Positions 47,019-56,304 of a stretch of DNA of 64,000 bases are shown here, in pieces; the stretch's first letter is position 1; the number at the start of each line of letters is the position of its first letter. This DNA is from a virus (lineage: Duplodnaviria > Caudoviricetes), in the IMG/VR virus record IMGVR_UViG_2724679359_000002, positions 1 to 64,000 of that record, one strand, 5' to 3'. A program made the position numbers and the translations under genes. Under the pieces are notes generated by a model. It searched no databases and was not told the DNA's origin. It worked only from the letters and a program-made list of their open reading frames with translations.

Positions 47019-48449
47019 TCAGAATGTATAGCCAACAATGTCAATTGTGACTGAAGAGGTTGAAAGGTTTGATCCACACTCGTAATAAATGACGCCGGGC
47101 GTTGATATTTCTGCGACTAAAGTTGATACCAGATTTGTTGATGTGCCGTTTGATGCATTTCGCCCCAATCTGCCAGATGAGGCGTACAGTGACGATGAAA
47201 GATTGCCCGATGCACCACCGGAAGACATTGAGACAATTGCAGTGACTGATTTTGCATTGAGTGACACTAAGCTCGTAACAGATAGCGCCGTTACCGCGCC
47301 CACCATCGCTGTTGAAGTAAGAGCATTTGTTTGAATACCGGAAAATACCCTATCACGTAGAAATCCAGCAACAAACTTACTACCATCAACTCGCCATACA
47401 CTCACCAGCGCTGATGCGGTGTAATTGGCGGGCATAGCTCCAGCGCAAATTTCAGGCATTGCGGCCGATGTTGCATTAATAGCGAGCAATGCTGACGCAT
47501 TGTTGATTGGATTATAAATTGCGTATAAAGCAACAAATCCGGCCGCCGGTACAGCGCCAGTATTCATGCCTCCCGCACCAGATTTTGCAAGATTGATTAC
47601 ATTATTAAAATTCGCAAGCTTGTACTGTTCCCCACCAATCGCCGTCTGAACAATCAATTCATCTGCGGTGAAAGTGGCTGTTGCTGATGCTGCTGTAACA
47701 CTCATTCGAGCATTGCACGCCGCGCCAACCACGCCGGTTAATTGCGACATCTGCAAATATTGAGAGTGTGGGTTTTCTGCTTTGCCATGGTCATCCACTG
47801 CTTTGGTTGCTGCGTCGGCGACTGTTTTAACCGCTTTCGGCGTAGCGGCTAATACTTCGCTATCACTGGTTGTGGCGCTGCTTAATTTCACAAAGCCTTT
47901 TTCGGTCTTGCTGGCATCGGGATGATTGCGTGATTTTACATGTTCAGCCAACAGGTCATCAGCATAGGCTTTAACCTCAATCACCCTATCATCCACGTAT
48001 TTACGCGTCGCCAATACCACCGACGGGTCGATTTTCAACGTAACCGCCGCCGTGCTGCTGACAATCAAAATCACCCGAATGGTTTGGGTGCGGCCGCTGC
48101 CCTCTTGCAGTTGCGGTTTATAGGTTTCGGCGCAGTTGGCAATGGCAATCAAATCACCGTCTTTATCCAACAAGCCAATCTCCCGAATCCACCACCCGCC
48201 CTCGGTTTCAGGGATAACCTGTTCCGCAATAATCTGGCTGGTGTTGACTGGGTCAACGGTCAGCATATTAAGAGCCGCCCGGCGTTGCTCGTTCACCAGT
48301 TGGGTTTGTGCTGGGTTCGGCGTTGGCAGGGTTCCGCCACCATCCCCGACCGCCATGTGGGTAATCTCTAAGCGGGTGCCGAGGGCGGTGGCGTTCGCCA
48401 GCTTGGCCGCGCCGATGTTGGTCAGTAAAGCAAAAAATTTTGCGGTCAT
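47019..48449 (-). CDS. H: Tail fibre protein
   Basis: P2 H N-terminus; Ser/Thr/Ala-rich beta-type C-terminus unrelated to the prophage 1 fibre. Confidence 0.92.
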   Translation of the reverse strand: MTAKFFALLTNIGAAKLANATALGTRLEITHMAVGDGGGTLPTPNPAQTQLVNEQRRAALNMLTVDPVNTSQIIAEQVIPETEGGWWIREIGLLDKDGDLIAIANCAETYKPQLQEGSGRTQTIRVILIVSSTAAVTLKIDPSVVLATRKYVDDRVIEVKAYADDLLAEHVKSRNHPDASKTEKGFVKLSSATTSDSEVLAATPKAVKTVADAATKAVDDHGKAENPHSQYLQMSQLTGVVGAACNARMSVTAASATATFTADELIVQTAIGGEQYKLANFNNVINLAKSGAGGMNTGAVPAAGFVALYAIYNPINNASALLAINATSAAMPEICAGAMPANYTASALVSVWRVDGSKFVAGFLRDRVFSGIQTNALTSTAMVGAVTALSVTSLVSLNAKSVTAIVSMSSGGASGNLSSSLYASSGRLGRNASNGTSTNLVSTLVAEISTPGVIYYECGSNLSTSSVTIDIVGYTF

Positions 48450-49054
48450 GGGTTCACTCTCAGGTTATCAATAATATGGACGGCGGCGCTGGCATAATCC
48501 TCGCCGGTCACGGTTATAGTTTCAGGTAAATAGGGGTAAATGGTCAGCTCATCACCGCTGTAACTGGCGGCGGCGATATGCAGCGGGCCACGGCTGTCGA
48601 GATTGATGGACAGGCCGACTAAATGGCGGCTGCATGGCTTGGCGTCGTCTATCAGTCGCTCAAGCTCTTGATACATTTCTTCGGTAATACCGGTTTCTAA
48701 TACACCCACATCAAGGCGAAAGGTGCCGGGGGTTTCGTTGGTCTTCCACCATTCAATCACCTTGATGAGATAGCCCAGCGGCTCGACCACGCGACGAATC
48801 GCGCCGATGGTGCCTTTGTGTTTGTGGACGTACTGCGAGGACTTCACCACCGCGCGCTTAGTGGCTTCCGGCCATTTCTCATCCCAGCGGTCAACCGACC
48901 ACGCCCACGCCAGATAGGGCAACAGGGACAACGGGCAAGTGTCGGCGTTCCACAGCTGGCGGATCGGAACAGGGGTGTTTTCCAGTTCGGCGCAGGCGCT
49001 CGCGGCGGCCACTTCCAGCACCGACGAACCGACAGGCAGTAAACGGTCAGTCAT
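48446..49054 (-). CDS. I: Tail protein I
   Basis: LLPYLAWAWSVDRWD. Confidence 0.93.
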   Translation of the reverse strand: MTDRLLPVGSSVLEVAAASACAELENTPVPIRQLWNADTCPLSLLPYLAWAWSVDRWDEKWPEATKRAVVKSSQYVHKHKGTIGAIRRVVEPLGYLIKVIEWWKTNETPGTFRLDVGVLETGITEEMYQELERLIDDAKPCSRHLVGLSINLDSRGPLHIAAASYSGDELTIYPYLPETITVTGEDYASAAVHIIDNLRVNP

Positions 49055-49955
49055 CCGTACCCCCGACAGTGATAGTGCTGCCGGTGCAATACGCGGCTTG
49101 GGTTTTATCCAGCACCACGTCGGCCAATGGGGCATTAATCACCGCCCGTTGGACGCCCTCAACATGCAGCGCTGCATACAGCGCCGACAGGCGAATATCG
49201 CGGCCGAGGCGGCGCTGTGTGGTGACAAAGGCGGTCAGTTTTTTCTCGGCGGCCACGCGCACCGGTTCCGCCTCTGGCCCCGGATGCAGATAGAGCACCG
49301 CGTCAATCTCATAATCTTCAATCCGGGCGGATTGCACCGTCACCCGGTCAGCCACTGGCCGCGTGTTCTCATCATTCAGCGCGGCTTCCACCACCGCCAG
49401 CAGTTCGGCCGAGGCTTCGCCATTACCTTCACGCGATAGCACCGTGACCGTGACACAGGCGGGTGTCGGACTAATGGCCGAGGCATCGGCCACCCGGCCG
49501 TCGGCACTTTTGGCGTGATACTCATATGCACCGGTTGGCCCCGCCACACTCAAGCCCTCAAAGGCTTGCGGGATACGCACACGGAAATCACTGTCAGATT
49601 CCATCACCGCCTCAATCGGAGGAATGGCGGTGAGGTCTGCTGGGGTAATCACCAGCCGCGCAACGTTGTTATTCGCGCCGAGCTGGTCTAAATCGCTGCC
49701 GACGGCATAAGCCACCATCACCGCGCGGGCCGCATCATTGACACGCTGGCGTAATATCACCTCGCGGTAAGTGTTTTCCTGCAATAGCTTGACCAGCGGC
49801 TCCGATTCCAGCGAAAGGGTGCGGGCCACGGCGGCGCGCTGTTCTTCTGGATACAGAGAAATCAGCGTGGCTTTGCGTTCCGCCAACAGGGTTTCATAAT
49901 CCAGTTCTTCCACCACAAAAGGCGGGGGTAACAGGCTCAGGTCAATGGTTGCCAT
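49047..49955 (-). CDS. J: Baseplate J protein
   Basis: EGLSVAGPTGAYEYHA. Confidence 0.93.
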   Translation of the reverse strand: MATIDLSLLPPPFVVEELDYETLLAERKATLISLYPEEQRAAVARTLSLESEPLVKLLQENTYREVILRQRVNDAARAVMVAYAVGSDLDQLGANNNVARLVITPADLTAIPPIEAVMESDSDFRVRIPQAFEGLSVAGPTGAYEYHAKSADGRVADASAISPTPACVTVTVLSREGNGEASAELLAVVEAALNDENTRPVADRVTVQSARIEDYEIDAVLYLHPGPEAEPVRVAAEKKLTAFVTTQRRLGRDIRLSALYAALHVEGVQRAVINAPLADVVLDKTQAAYCTGSTITVGGTDD

Positions 49956-49959
49956 AGGG

Positions 49960-50310
49960 TTAGCTCACAGGAATGGTGAATGAGAGTGGGGCCGCGCTAT
50001 CGGTGCGGGTGCCGGTGATATCGACCACCATTTTGCCGTCAAAGGTGGTTTCAAAGGTGATATCCGTCAGCTTGACCCTCGGCTCCCAGCGCAAAATGGC
50101 ACTGTAACTGGCGGCCATAATTTGCAGGCGCAGGGCCGGATTTTGTGGCTGGTCAATCAGCTCCGAGAGCAGCGAACCATAAGCGCGACGCATCACCCGC
50201 GAACCGACGGGCGTAATCAGAATGTCGGCGATGGACTGGCTGATATGGTCAGCATCGGTAATGGTCTGCCCGGCGTTGCGGCTCATGCCGAGGTATTTGG
50301 CCGTTGTCAT
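49960..50310 (-). CDS. W: Baseplate W protein
   Basis: HISQSIADILITPVGSRVMRR. Confidence 0.93.
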   Translation of the reverse strand: MTTAKYLGMSRNAGQTITDADHISQSIADILITPVGSRVMRRAYGSLLSELIDQPQNPALRLQIMAASYSAILRWEPRVKLTDITFETTFDGKMVVDITGTRTDSAAPLSFTIPVS

Positions 50311-50948
50311 TTAATCCCCTCCGTATAGCTGCCACCGCGCTGCACTCCGCCGTGGTCATGCTTATCAACCACTACGCCATTGGATGAAAGTTTCCCGCCG
50401 GTATGCGTGATATTGCCGCTCATCTTGCCGCCTTGGGTCACATTCAAGGTGGCGGTGGTCAGGTTGTTGGTGCATTCCACTTCGGGTGTATCCAGCAGGA
50501 TTTTGACCGAGGCGGCACAGGTGATATTGGGGGCAGTGGCGTTTATCGATTCACTGGCATTGATAACCGCTGTTTTGATGCCATCCGCCAGCAATTCGCC
50601 ACTATCAGGTTCATAGTGCAACGTGGCACCGTCAGGAAAGGCGAGATACAGACCATTCGCCGAGGCCGACGGGGGCGGGAAGTCATCAGAGAAAATGCCC
50701 GGCAGCACAAAGGCGGTATCCAGCTCACCACCGAGAGACAATATCAATACTTGCTCACCCTCGGACGGTGCCCACCATGATCGCGATTGACCGGCGCGCA
50801 ACGTCAGCCAGTTAAGCCAGCCGGTGGTATTGTCTCCCGTCGCCACGCGGCACAGGGCTTGGTCGAGATCGACCTCGGCCACCGTACCAATGCGGATAAG
50901 GTTGCGCAGCAGGCGCAGAATTTCAGTTATTTGGGTTTGAGTGTTCAT
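50307..50948 (-). CDS. V: Baseplate spike V
   Basis: WLNWLTLRAG, HDH motif. Confidence 0.93.
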   Translation of the reverse strand: MNTQTQITEILRLLRNLIRIGTVAEVDLDQALCRVATGDNTTGWLNWLTLRAGQSRSWWAPSEGEQVLILSLGGELDTAFVLPGIFSDDFPPPSASANGLYLAFPDGATLHYEPDSGELLADGIKTAVINASESINATAPNITCAASVKILLDTPEVECTNNLTTATLNVTQGGKMSGNITHTGGKLSSNGVVVDKHDHGGVQRGGSYTEGIK

Positions 50949-51149
50949 GCAGAAAGGATGCCGCCGAATGGGTCAGGCGGCAATTTGTGCGGGTTTGTTC
51001 ATCGACAGGACAACAGAAGTAATTCATTACAACGGGTAATCAACAAATACAGACACTGTTACTTTATTAGCGAAGCTGACTGTGTATTCGTGGGTATTGA
51101 TTTTAAAAAGGTTTAGCCGTATCTCTTCTCAAACCGATACTGCCGGACT

Positions 51150-51578
51150 TTAAAAGGCAGTTATATGCTTGTCGATTGACATAAATATGAATCCAAGCAC
51201 CAGAAAAATAAACCCTAGGTTATTGAGAATAAGATAGTATCTCATCCATCCTGTAAGTTCTTTGGGCAGTTGTTTGATAAACTCATAGCATTTTGGCGAG
51301 AAATACTTACGTGCTTTCCCATTTATTCTTTTTTCATTGGCGGTTAAAAGGAAATGAAAAAACAGTACAACTTGACTACTTCCTAAAAAACCAGAAAAGG
51401 TCAAATAATTATATAGAGCAGGCATGAAAAGACCTTCCGATCTATACAATGATATTATTTTGTTGTATTTTTCCTTGTTTACACTGTAATAAATGAACGA
51501 AACCAACCATTCTAGGATAAATAACAGGGCAAATGTAATTGCAATATGTTGTATCGTTATTCTCATTACTAGTACCAT
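51150..51578 (-). CDS. Membrane protein, putative immunity protein
   Basis: About 3 TM segments, AT-rich, immediately downstream of the effector-like gene. Confidence 0.7.
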   Translation of the reverse strand: MVLVMRITIQHIAITFALLFILEWLVSFIYYSVNKEKYNKIISLYRSEGLFMPALYNYLTFSGFLGSSQVVLFFHFLLTANEKRINGKARKYFSPKCYEFIKQLPKELTGWMRYYLILNNLGFIFLVLGFIFMSIDKHITAF

Positions 51579-51586
51579 TAATATAA

Positions 51587-52564
51587 TTAGTTAACTAATA
51601 CATCACCCAATTTATTACCAATTTCTCCGCCCAGCCACCCACCCGCCGCCGAACCTACGATCACGCAAGCAATACCGCCAGCACCTGCTGTGGCAATACC
51701 CGCCGCCACGCAGACACCCCCCATAATGCTAGCACCTAACAGGCCACCGCGAATAGCTAACCCTGTACTCAAGCCAAATTTAGTATATTCTTTTACTGCC
51801 ACTTTCGAGCATTCACTTTCTCGCCCGGTAGTGCACGCATCATAAACCGTATTGGTGGTATTTAATCCACCAATACCAATAGCGACCCATCCACCAACTT
51901 TCATCCATTTAACTATCTTGGCGCTTCTTTCTATGGTGGAAGAATAACCTTTAATAGCGCCAACGCCTGCTGTATTCCATTCATGGACTATTGATTTACT
52001 TGATAATTGCAATGTACGCTTTAAATTTGAATGTTCAGGAATAGCTAAACTGACTTTAGATAATTTAGTCAGGATGCCGTTTAGGCTAAGAAGTAACATT
52101 CTGCGCTCTTGTAAGAATGCCTGAGTGTTGAGTTTGCCGTGAAGCATATATTGACGCTGATAAAGTAATTCTATCTGTTTCATTTGCCTATTGATTTCAA
52201 CGAAATACTTCTCACCCGCATCTGCCGCAAACCCGACTAAACCGCCACCATAACTTGTTAGAGCATCAATAGCACCGTGGTTTTTTTGCAAAAAGTTGGC
52301 TTCATTGTGATCCATATCCGCCATAGCGCGATTTACTTGCTGCTTTGCTTGATTCATAGCTTGCAATGCATAAGGTGGATTGTAAGACAGGGGGTCGGCA
52401 ATTATCAGTATCTGGCCCGCTTTCAACCACTGTGTATCGGCATTGAGTGCCATAAAATATCGAGCAGCATCACTATCGGTATTATTGAATAGCAAACTGA
52501 CTTGAAAATTAAGCGTACCTGATTGTTGTACAATGCAGTAACCCGGAGATACATTCCTTTCCAT
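51587..52564 (-). CDS. Putative membrane-targeting toxin/effector with glycine-zipper C-terminus
   Basis: N-terminal PGYCIV...F.ALN...LKAGQILIIADP; C-terminal GxxxG-rich hydrophobic helices. Confidence 0.6.
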   Translation of the reverse strand: MERNVSPGYCIVQQSGTLNFQVSLLFNNTDSDAARYFMALNADTQWLKAGQILIIADPLSYNPPYALQAMNQAKQQVNRAMADMDHNEANFLQKNHGAIDALTSYGGGLVGFAADAGEKYFVEINRQMKQIELLYQRQYMLHGKLNTQAFLQERRMLLLSLNGILTKLSKVSLAIPEHSNLKRTLQLSSKSIVHEWNTAGVGAIKGYSSTIERSAKIVKWMKVGGWVAIGIGGLNTTNTVYDACTTGRESECSKVAVKEYTKFGLSTGLAIRGGLLGASIMGGVCVAAGIATAGAGGIACVIVGSAAGGWLGGEIGNKLGDVLVN

Positions 52565-52742
52565 ATGACCCTCTTTCACGATCCTGTAAAAATAACTTTG
52601 TTTACAAAAAACTTGAGGTTAATTTACATTAACTCTCAATTAACATTCAATTAATTAATGCGATTTATAAAAATTAGCGGGAGGTTAAATATAAGACGTT
52701 TCTTATTTTTGTACTTTATTGATATATGGTTCACTAGGATAA

Positions 52743-53198
52743 TTAAAAATTATCTCTATATATATCAAGTAAAACACTTTCCACAATGGCAATATCTTGC
52801 TGACTGAAACCCAGCAACGGCCGCTCGTCATACTGCACATCTTTGCTGTGCACGTTCGGGCGGTCACGCAGGCCAAAATGATGCACTGCCGCCATTCGTT
52901 CCACGCGCCCGGCAAACTCGACCACCGCCTCATCGGGGCTACTGTTGGCTTTCATATAGCGCGCGGTGCGTAACTTGGCGAACATTTCACGCTTAATCCG
53001 GCCTTTGGGTTTACGCAGCGGTTGAGATTTACGGGCGGCATACGGGGTGCCGTCTGGCGCTTGCTGGCGTTTAATGCGTTGCTGCTGACTGGCGCGCAGG
53101 CGTTTAGCAACCGTCACCGCCAGCGCTTTGCGGGCTTTGGGCGTCAGACTGGCAATCAGTCCGGCCAGCGCATCGTCAAAGGGTTTCAGCTCATTCAT
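52743..53198 (-). CDS. S: Tail completion protein S
   Basis: QQAPDGTPYAARK, REMFAKLRTAR. Confidence 0.9.
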   Translation of the reverse strand: MNELKPFDDALAGLIASLTPKARKALAVTVAKRLRASQQQRIKRQQAPDGTPYAARKSQPLRKPKGRIKREMFAKLRTARYMKANSSPDEAVVEFAGRVERMAAVHHFGLRDRPNVHSKDVQYDERPLLGFSQQDIAIVESVLLDIYRDNF

Positions 53199-53650
53199 TG
53201 GATCACTTCGCCGTTAAAGTAAATTGCTGTTGGCCGTGTTGCTGCTCCCGGCCAAGTCGGCTCCAGCGCATGGTTAACATGCAGTGCACCGTCTACCTCT
53301 TTCACAATGGCCCGCTCAGTCAGTTGCAAGTCGATACGGATATCACTCAGCACATCGCTCATCACATCGACCTTATGAATAAAGCCGGTGCGGCGCTTTT
53401 CTTCTGTCGCCATGATGTCCGGTTGATGCTCCCGCAGCCATGCCAGTATCGGCACAAAGAGATAATCAACATCATCGGGGAAATCCTCAATAAACAGCGT
53501 CAGCGTATATTGATTTTCAAAAGAGAGCGACGGGGCCAGCGTCGAGACAATGCGCCCGCCATCAACAAACATTTTCAGCCGCTCCGGGTTAGTCTGGAAC
53601 AGTTGCAGACTGTCGGTTAAGGCTTGGCGTAACAGTTTGGGTTTTAACAT
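53195..53650 (-). CDS. R: Tail completion protein R
   Basis: MLKPKLLR, SLSFENQYTL, LTERAIV. Confidence 0.9.
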   Translation of the reverse strand: MLKPKLLRQALTDSLQLFQTNPERLKMFVDGGRIVSTLAPSLSFENQYTLTLFIEDFPDDVDYLFVPILAWLREHQPDIMATEEKRRTGFIHKVDVMSDVLSDIRIDLQLTERAIVKEVDGALHVNHALEPTWPGAATRPTAIYFNGEVIQ

Positions 53651-53903
53651 GGTGTTGTTCCTGACACTGTTTAACAGCTTCCACTTGCAGCCCACAGGCC
53701 ACCAGTGCGGTTTCTAACTGGCGGATATCGGCACTTAAATCACCGTTAACCGCCGGTGTGCTGCCCGGCAGCGGGCAACTGCTCACCGTCGGACAGCCAA
53801 CGTAAATAATCGTTGGGGCTGGCGAACGCGGGGCGCTGGTGCAGCCGGATAACATCAGCAGGCAAAGCAGTAGCGAACCAATCACGCAAGACTTTATTTT
53901 CAT
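53589..53903 (-). CDS. lysC: o-spanin
   Basis: LSGC lipobox, NGDLSADI. Confidence 0.85.
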   Translation of the reverse strand: MKIKSCVIGSLLLCLLMLSGCTSAPRSPAPTIIYVGCPTVSSCPLPGSTPAVNGDLSADIRQLETALVACGLQVEAVKQCQEQHHVKTQTVTPSLNRQSATVPD

Positions 53904-54162
53904 TGAGTAACCTTTGAATTTTCTGTTCACGAGATAATGACAAGGTGCTGGCGTGGCTCAGTGATTGCCGTAATGCCCGCTCATTGTCTGCCTGTTGCCG
54001 GGCCTCATCTTGCAAGCGGGTGATCGCGTTGTCCCGGCTCTCAATCCCGGCCGATAAAGTGCCAATAATTCGGTTAGCGCTGTCGATATCGTGGTTCAGG
54101 CGGTTGGCATACCACCCCAGTGCAACCAGTAACGCGACTATCACCATCATTGCTATGCGCAT
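53746..54162 (-). CDS. lysB: i-spanin
   Basis: TM plus coiled coil, LRDWFATALPADVIRL. Confidence 0.88.
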   Translation of the reverse strand: MRIAMMVIVALLVALGWYANRLNHDIDSANRIIGTLSAGIESRDNAITRLQDEARQQADNERALRQSLSHASTLSLSREQKIQRLLNENKVLRDWFATALPADVIRLHQRPAFASPNDYLRWLSDGEQLPAAGQHTGG

Positions 54163-54163
54163 C

Positions 54164-54670
54164 TCAGACCCCACTCAGGCAGTGTGTTTGTTCGGTGGTG
54201 CGGCGACGCTCTAACCCTTTGGTTTTCACGCCATTGACATACACCCAGCGCGGCAACTGATTGCAGGCGCTGCGCCAGTCGCCCTTGTTGACATAAAAGG
54301 CCAGTGTCGAGCGACAGGCCGCGCCGGTGCCGACGTTAAAGGCAAACGACACTACCGCGTCATACACCGGTTGCGGCATAACAAGCGGCATACACACCGC
54401 TATTGCCCGCTCAACCCGCTGCACGTCAGCCACCAGATTGACCGCCACCTGTCGCTCACTGATAACACTGCCCGGCTTCACTCCGGCGGTGTGACCGATG
54501 CCATTTGTCCAGACGTTGGCGCTGCATTGGTAGGCGTTGAGCTGGCAGCCCTCATAATCGGCAATCAGTTTTAGCCCGGCGGCCGATGTTTTTAAGGTTT
54601 GGTAGTTTGGCAAGGTGGCGGCCAGTGCCAGAATGACCCCGACCAGACAGCGCTTAACGATTGAGTTCAT
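54164..54670 (-). CDS. Lysozyme (GH24), probably SAR-type
   Basis: YEGC...Y.C...WT.GIGHT, FAFNVG, GLERRR; hydrophobic N-terminus. Confidence 0.92.
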   Translation of the reverse strand: MNSIVKRCLVGVILALAATLPNYQTLKTSAAGLKLIADYEGCQLNAYQCSANVWTNGIGHTAGVKPGSVISERQVAVNLVADVQRVERAIAVCMPLVMPQPVYDAVVSFAFNVGTGAACRSTLAFYVNKGDWRSACNQLPRWVYVNGVKTKGLERRRTTEQTHCLSGV

Positions 54671-54863
54671 CGAACACCTCCCGCCTGATAACCACTTCTT
54701 TCAGCAAGAAATAGCTCTTGCGCCGGTAGTACCAGTTGATAAGACAGGTGGCAGCAGCGGCCACCGCCGCAACATAAAACGCGATATCTTGCGGACTCAG
54801 TGCGCCAATAAACGCCAACAGTAGCGCAAAAACATAGGCTACCGCAGAGCTGAATTTCTCCAT
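54654..54863 (-). CDS. Holin
   Basis: Two TM segments, NWYYRRK; between X and the lysozyme. Confidence 0.85.
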   Translation of the reverse strand: MEKFSSAVAYVFALLLAFIGALSPQDIAFYVAAVAAAATCLINWYYRRKSYFLLKEVVIRREVFDELNR

Positions 54864-54865
54864 TT

Positions 54866-55069
54866 TCAATCCCATAATTGAACGGTTTCACGTTGGGCCG
54901 CCGGTGCCATGTCGGGCAACTCCACCGGATAACCATGGGGCAGAATGGCCCCCAGTTCCGACAGCCCCGGATTCGCGTCATAGACTTGCTCAACCACCTC
55001 TTGTGTGCGGCCGTAATAGCGCCAGCACAGTGCGTCGAGCGTGTCGCCTTGCAACGCGTTGACCTGCAT
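54866..55069 (-). CDS. X: Tail protein X
   Basis: GDTLDALCWRYYGRT...VQLWD. Confidence 0.93.
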   Translation of the reverse strand: MQVNALQGDTLDALCWRYYGRTQEVVEQVYDANPGLSELGAILPHGYPVELPDMAPAAQRETVQLWD

Positions 55070-55542
55070 CAGATAAGGCCAATAATGTTGTGCGGCTTAC
55101 CGGCAATGTTGCGAATGCTAATTCGCGCGTCACGCCACAACTCATCAACGGTACTTTCAATGGCCTCCGCGCGTTTATCACCGCGCGCACTGGCGTCATA
55201 GCCGCGATAACGCTCGGCCAACAGTGCAGCCGTAATGGCACAGACCGCGCGCTGGTACTCGGCCAACTGGATGCTCTCGCCGTCCAGTTGCTCGGCCTGC
55301 ACCTCGGCCAGTGTTTTAAAGCCTGCCGCCATCTGGTCACGGCGGTACTCGTACAGTTCGGCGTTAACCTCGGCAATAGCGCTTTTGATGGTGAAGCGCA
55401 GGCGCTCGGCGGTGACTGTTCCCTCAAGGCGCAACAGCTCGCGCAGCTTTATCGGGTCAACCGCAGGCCAGAAAAAGGTATTTTCAATCACCGGTTCGGC
55501 CGTTTTGTCAGGCCGTGGCGCGGGGATAACAACAGTGGTCAT
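55069..55542 (-). CDS. L: Head completion protein L
   Basis: NTFFWPAVD, ERYRGYDAS, LWRDAR. Confidence 0.92.
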   Translation of the reverse strand: MTTVVIPAPRPDKTAEPVIENTFFWPAVDPIKLRELLRLEGTVTAERLRFTIKSAIAEVNAELYEYRRDQMAAGFKTLAEVQAEQLDGESIQLAEYQRAVCAITAALLAERYRGYDASARGDKRAEAIESTVDELWRDARISIRNIAGKPHNIIGLI

Positions 55543-55641
55543 GGCAACCTCAATAGCAGAATGGGTGGGCGGTGGACGATGGCGTTAACAAGGTAAACCC
55601 TGTTGCGGCCATCGTGCCGCCCGGCTCGGGGAGCGTTCGGT

Positions 55642-56301
55642 TTAGCGGCTGGCGGCGTTCTTTAATTTCACGGCCAGTCGCTCAATGTCTTTTTTGACGC
55701 CACAACCGGTATGCAGTTGGAGTGCGCGGTGAAGATGGGACAGGGCCAACTCGCCCCGACCACTGTCACGCAGCACATAACCGGTGATTTTGTGCAGTTT
55801 GGCCCGCACTTGATCGGGCATGTCTTCATCTTCCATCAGCTCAATGGTTTGCAGCAGAGGCTCAATATCAATCGGCTTACCGGTGGCATAGGCGCGCGCC
55901 GCAGCGTCCGCGACTTCCTCGGCAATCAGGTAGGCGGTAGAGCGGGTAAAGCGGTCAGTTGGCACTAGCTGATAACGCAGGGCATAACGGGCGATATCCA
56001 GTGCACCGGGGATATCCCCGGCATCCAGCCGCCAAATCATGATGGTCATGACAATGGCGTCCTGCGCGCCTTTCCCCTCACTCAACACGCCAGAGATCCA
56101 CGGCAGGTAGTCCGGCAATAACTGCCGCTTCAGCTCGGCTTTGCGCTCTTGTGAACGCACCTGTTTCAGCTTGCGCTTATCTTCATTGAGCTTGAGCAAC
56201 ATCAACTCGTAGCCGGTGGCGTGGCGCAGCGGGTTATCCCGCAGTTGTGAGGCAGTAATAGCCGACTGCCTCAGAAAGTGGCGGCGCGCAGGACTGGTCA
56301 T
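55642..56301 (-). CDS. M: Terminase small subunit M
   Basis: MTSPARRH, WRLDAGDI.GAL, GVKKDIERL. Confidence 0.93.
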   Translation of the reverse strand: MTSPARRHFLRQSAITASQLRDNPLRHATGYELMLLKLNEDKRKLKQVRSQERKAELKRQLLPDYLPWISGVLSEGKGAQDAIVMTIMIWRLDAGDIPGALDIARYALRYQLVPTDRFTRSTAYLIAEEVADAAARAYATGKPIDIEPLLQTIELMEDEDMPDQVRAKLHKITGYVLRDSGRGELALSHLHRALQLHTGCGVKKDIERLAVKLKNAASR

Positions 56302-56304
56302 GGC

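Noticed and set aside
54990-55427. 145-aa same-strand alternative-frame ORF in gene L
   Set aside because: Arg/Pro-rich with no motifs and no counterpart in prophage 1 L, unlike the MTase nested frame, which supplies a missing motif.
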